A DNA stretch of 56,965 nucleotides from a virus. Its lineage: Duplodnaviria > Caudoviricetes. The stretch is taken from IMG/VR virus record IMGVR_UViG_3300015200_000003, positions 1 through 56,965 of that record, one strand, 5' to 3'. Both the position numbers and the translations under genes were made by a program. How positions within the stretch are numbered: position 1 is the stretch's first letter; each line of letters starts with the position of its first letter. Below, one piece after another: positions 55,866 to 56,965 of this stretch. The notes beneath the pieces were generated by a model. That model worked only from the letters and a program-made list of their open reading frames with translations. It had not been told where the DNA came from and searched no databases.

Positions 55866-56965
55866 GACGAGTCGCGCTTGACGGGTACGACCTCACGCTT
55901 GACGGTCGCATCGGCCTGAACTTGTACCGCGACGGCCGGAAGCCGGCGACCCAGGGCGGGCGGTTCGGTCCCTCCGAGCAGATGCGCGCGCCTGGTGGGT
56001 TCGAGCAGCCGGTCATCCTGGACCGTCTAGACGGCGGGGTCGGAGCCATCGAGCGGCTGGTGCCGCACACCTACCCGCTGGCGATTGACGGCTGCACACG
56101 GTTCTCGCGAGCCTGGACACCGTCCGGGGAGATCACCCACCTGCCGCCACTGGCCGCGTTCGGAGGCGTGAACCCCACATCGATCCGCGCAATGCTCCCC
56201 TGGAATGACACGCTGTTGGTTGCCGCTGGCGCGGTCATCTACAAGATCACCTACCCCTACACCCTGGCCGTCCCCGTCGAGACTGTTGCTTTTGGCGAGG
56301 TTGTCCAGGACATGCTGGTCTTCGAGGGGGTCTTGCTCGCCTCGACTACCAGTTTGGCGACGGGCGGGCCAGGTCACCTGTACGCCTCGATGAACGGGGA
56401 CGACTGGGTCTCGTCAACGAGCGCCATCGCCCCGGCCTTTCGCCAGCATCTGATGGTGACCTATCAGGTGATCAACGATGTCGGGGCGTACCGCCTGATC
56501 TCGAACGACACCCCGTTCACCTTCCGCTTCATCGCGACCGGTGACACGGCGACCACCATGGCCAACATCCTGGAAGACACGGCCTGGGCTGGCGAAGGAG
56601 GCGACTACCCGGTCGGTGACCGCAGCGCCCGCATCACCAACGTGGCCGGCAGCCCACTCGTGGGTTTCTTCTGTAAGGAGGACGGGGTCTACCATGTTGG
56701 CCCTGACGGGCGCTCCGCGCGCATCGTGGACTGGTCCGACTCGGTGCACCGCACCAACGGCGAGGTGTTCCGCTTCGCCTACGGCGGCCTGTACGCCTCG
56801 CACATCCGCTGGGGGTTGGTCCGCATCGACGTGGCCAATCTCCAGGTGCAGTGGCAGACCAACGCCTGCGCACCGGGAGCCAACCTGCCTCGGGTGGTGC
56901 CGTCCTCTGGCATGACCACCGGGTTCACGATGGACGGCGAGTGGATGGTGACCTCGATCTTCAAC
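55862..56965 (+). CDS. Putative tail/nozzle beta-propeller protein, 3' truncated
   Basis: GTGA-coupled; frame runs to the window end (368 codons) and so is missing from the ORF track; short beta-strand pattern. Confidence 0.6.
   Translation, partial: MRRVALDGYDLTLDGRIGLNLYRDGRKPATQGGRFGPSEQMRAPGGFEQPVILDRLDGGVGAIERLVPHTYPLAIDGCTRFSRAWTPSGEITHLPPLAAFGGVNPTSIRAMLPWNDTLLVAAGAVIYKITYPYTLAVPVETVAFGEVVQDMLVFEGVLLASTTSLATGGPGHLYASMNGDDWVSSTSAIAPAFRQHLMVTYQVINDVGAYRLISNDTPFTFRFIATGDTATTMANILEDTAWAGEGGDYPVGDRSARITNVAGSPLVGFFCKEDGVYHVGPDGRSARIVDWSDSVHRTNGEVFRFAYGGLYASHIRWGLVRIDVANLQVQWQTNACAPGANLPRVVPSSGMTTGFTMDGEWMVTSIFN

Noticed and set aside
1-56965. tRNA/rRNA genes, integrase, att sites, IS elements
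   Set aside because: None recognised, so prophage versus free phage cannot be decided from this window.

Overview
A high-GC tailed-phage (or prophage) segment, almost entirely on the + strand, with podovirus-like content. Order: (i) a non-coding ~1.2 kb array at the left edge, truncated by the window; (ii) small genes including a PD-(D/E)XK-like ORF, a RuvC-like resolvase and Zn-finger/HTH proteins; (iii) tail-fibre/baseplate-like structural genes with duplications; (iv) TerS (HGGxSTG type), TerL and portal; (v) about 31 kb of low-complexity or giant putative ejection proteins, including a 6515-aa polyvalent protein and an inserted antisense HNH endonuclease; (vi) Com-like Zn finger, scaffold, N4-gp56-type major capsid and head-tail genes, truncated at the right edge. 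The most striking element is the array at 1-1194: 29 complete units of (NNNCC)n-GAC, almost all 5n+3 nt long, with unique variable positions. It looks like a programmable gapped-code guide-RNA array rather than a CRISPR or a gene. Second is the giant protein: its domains are separated by a recurring GPSAM linker, and it contains three +1-frame nested small ORFs with their own RBS, two with candidate -10 boxes. All family assignments come from motifs read by eye; no database searches were run.
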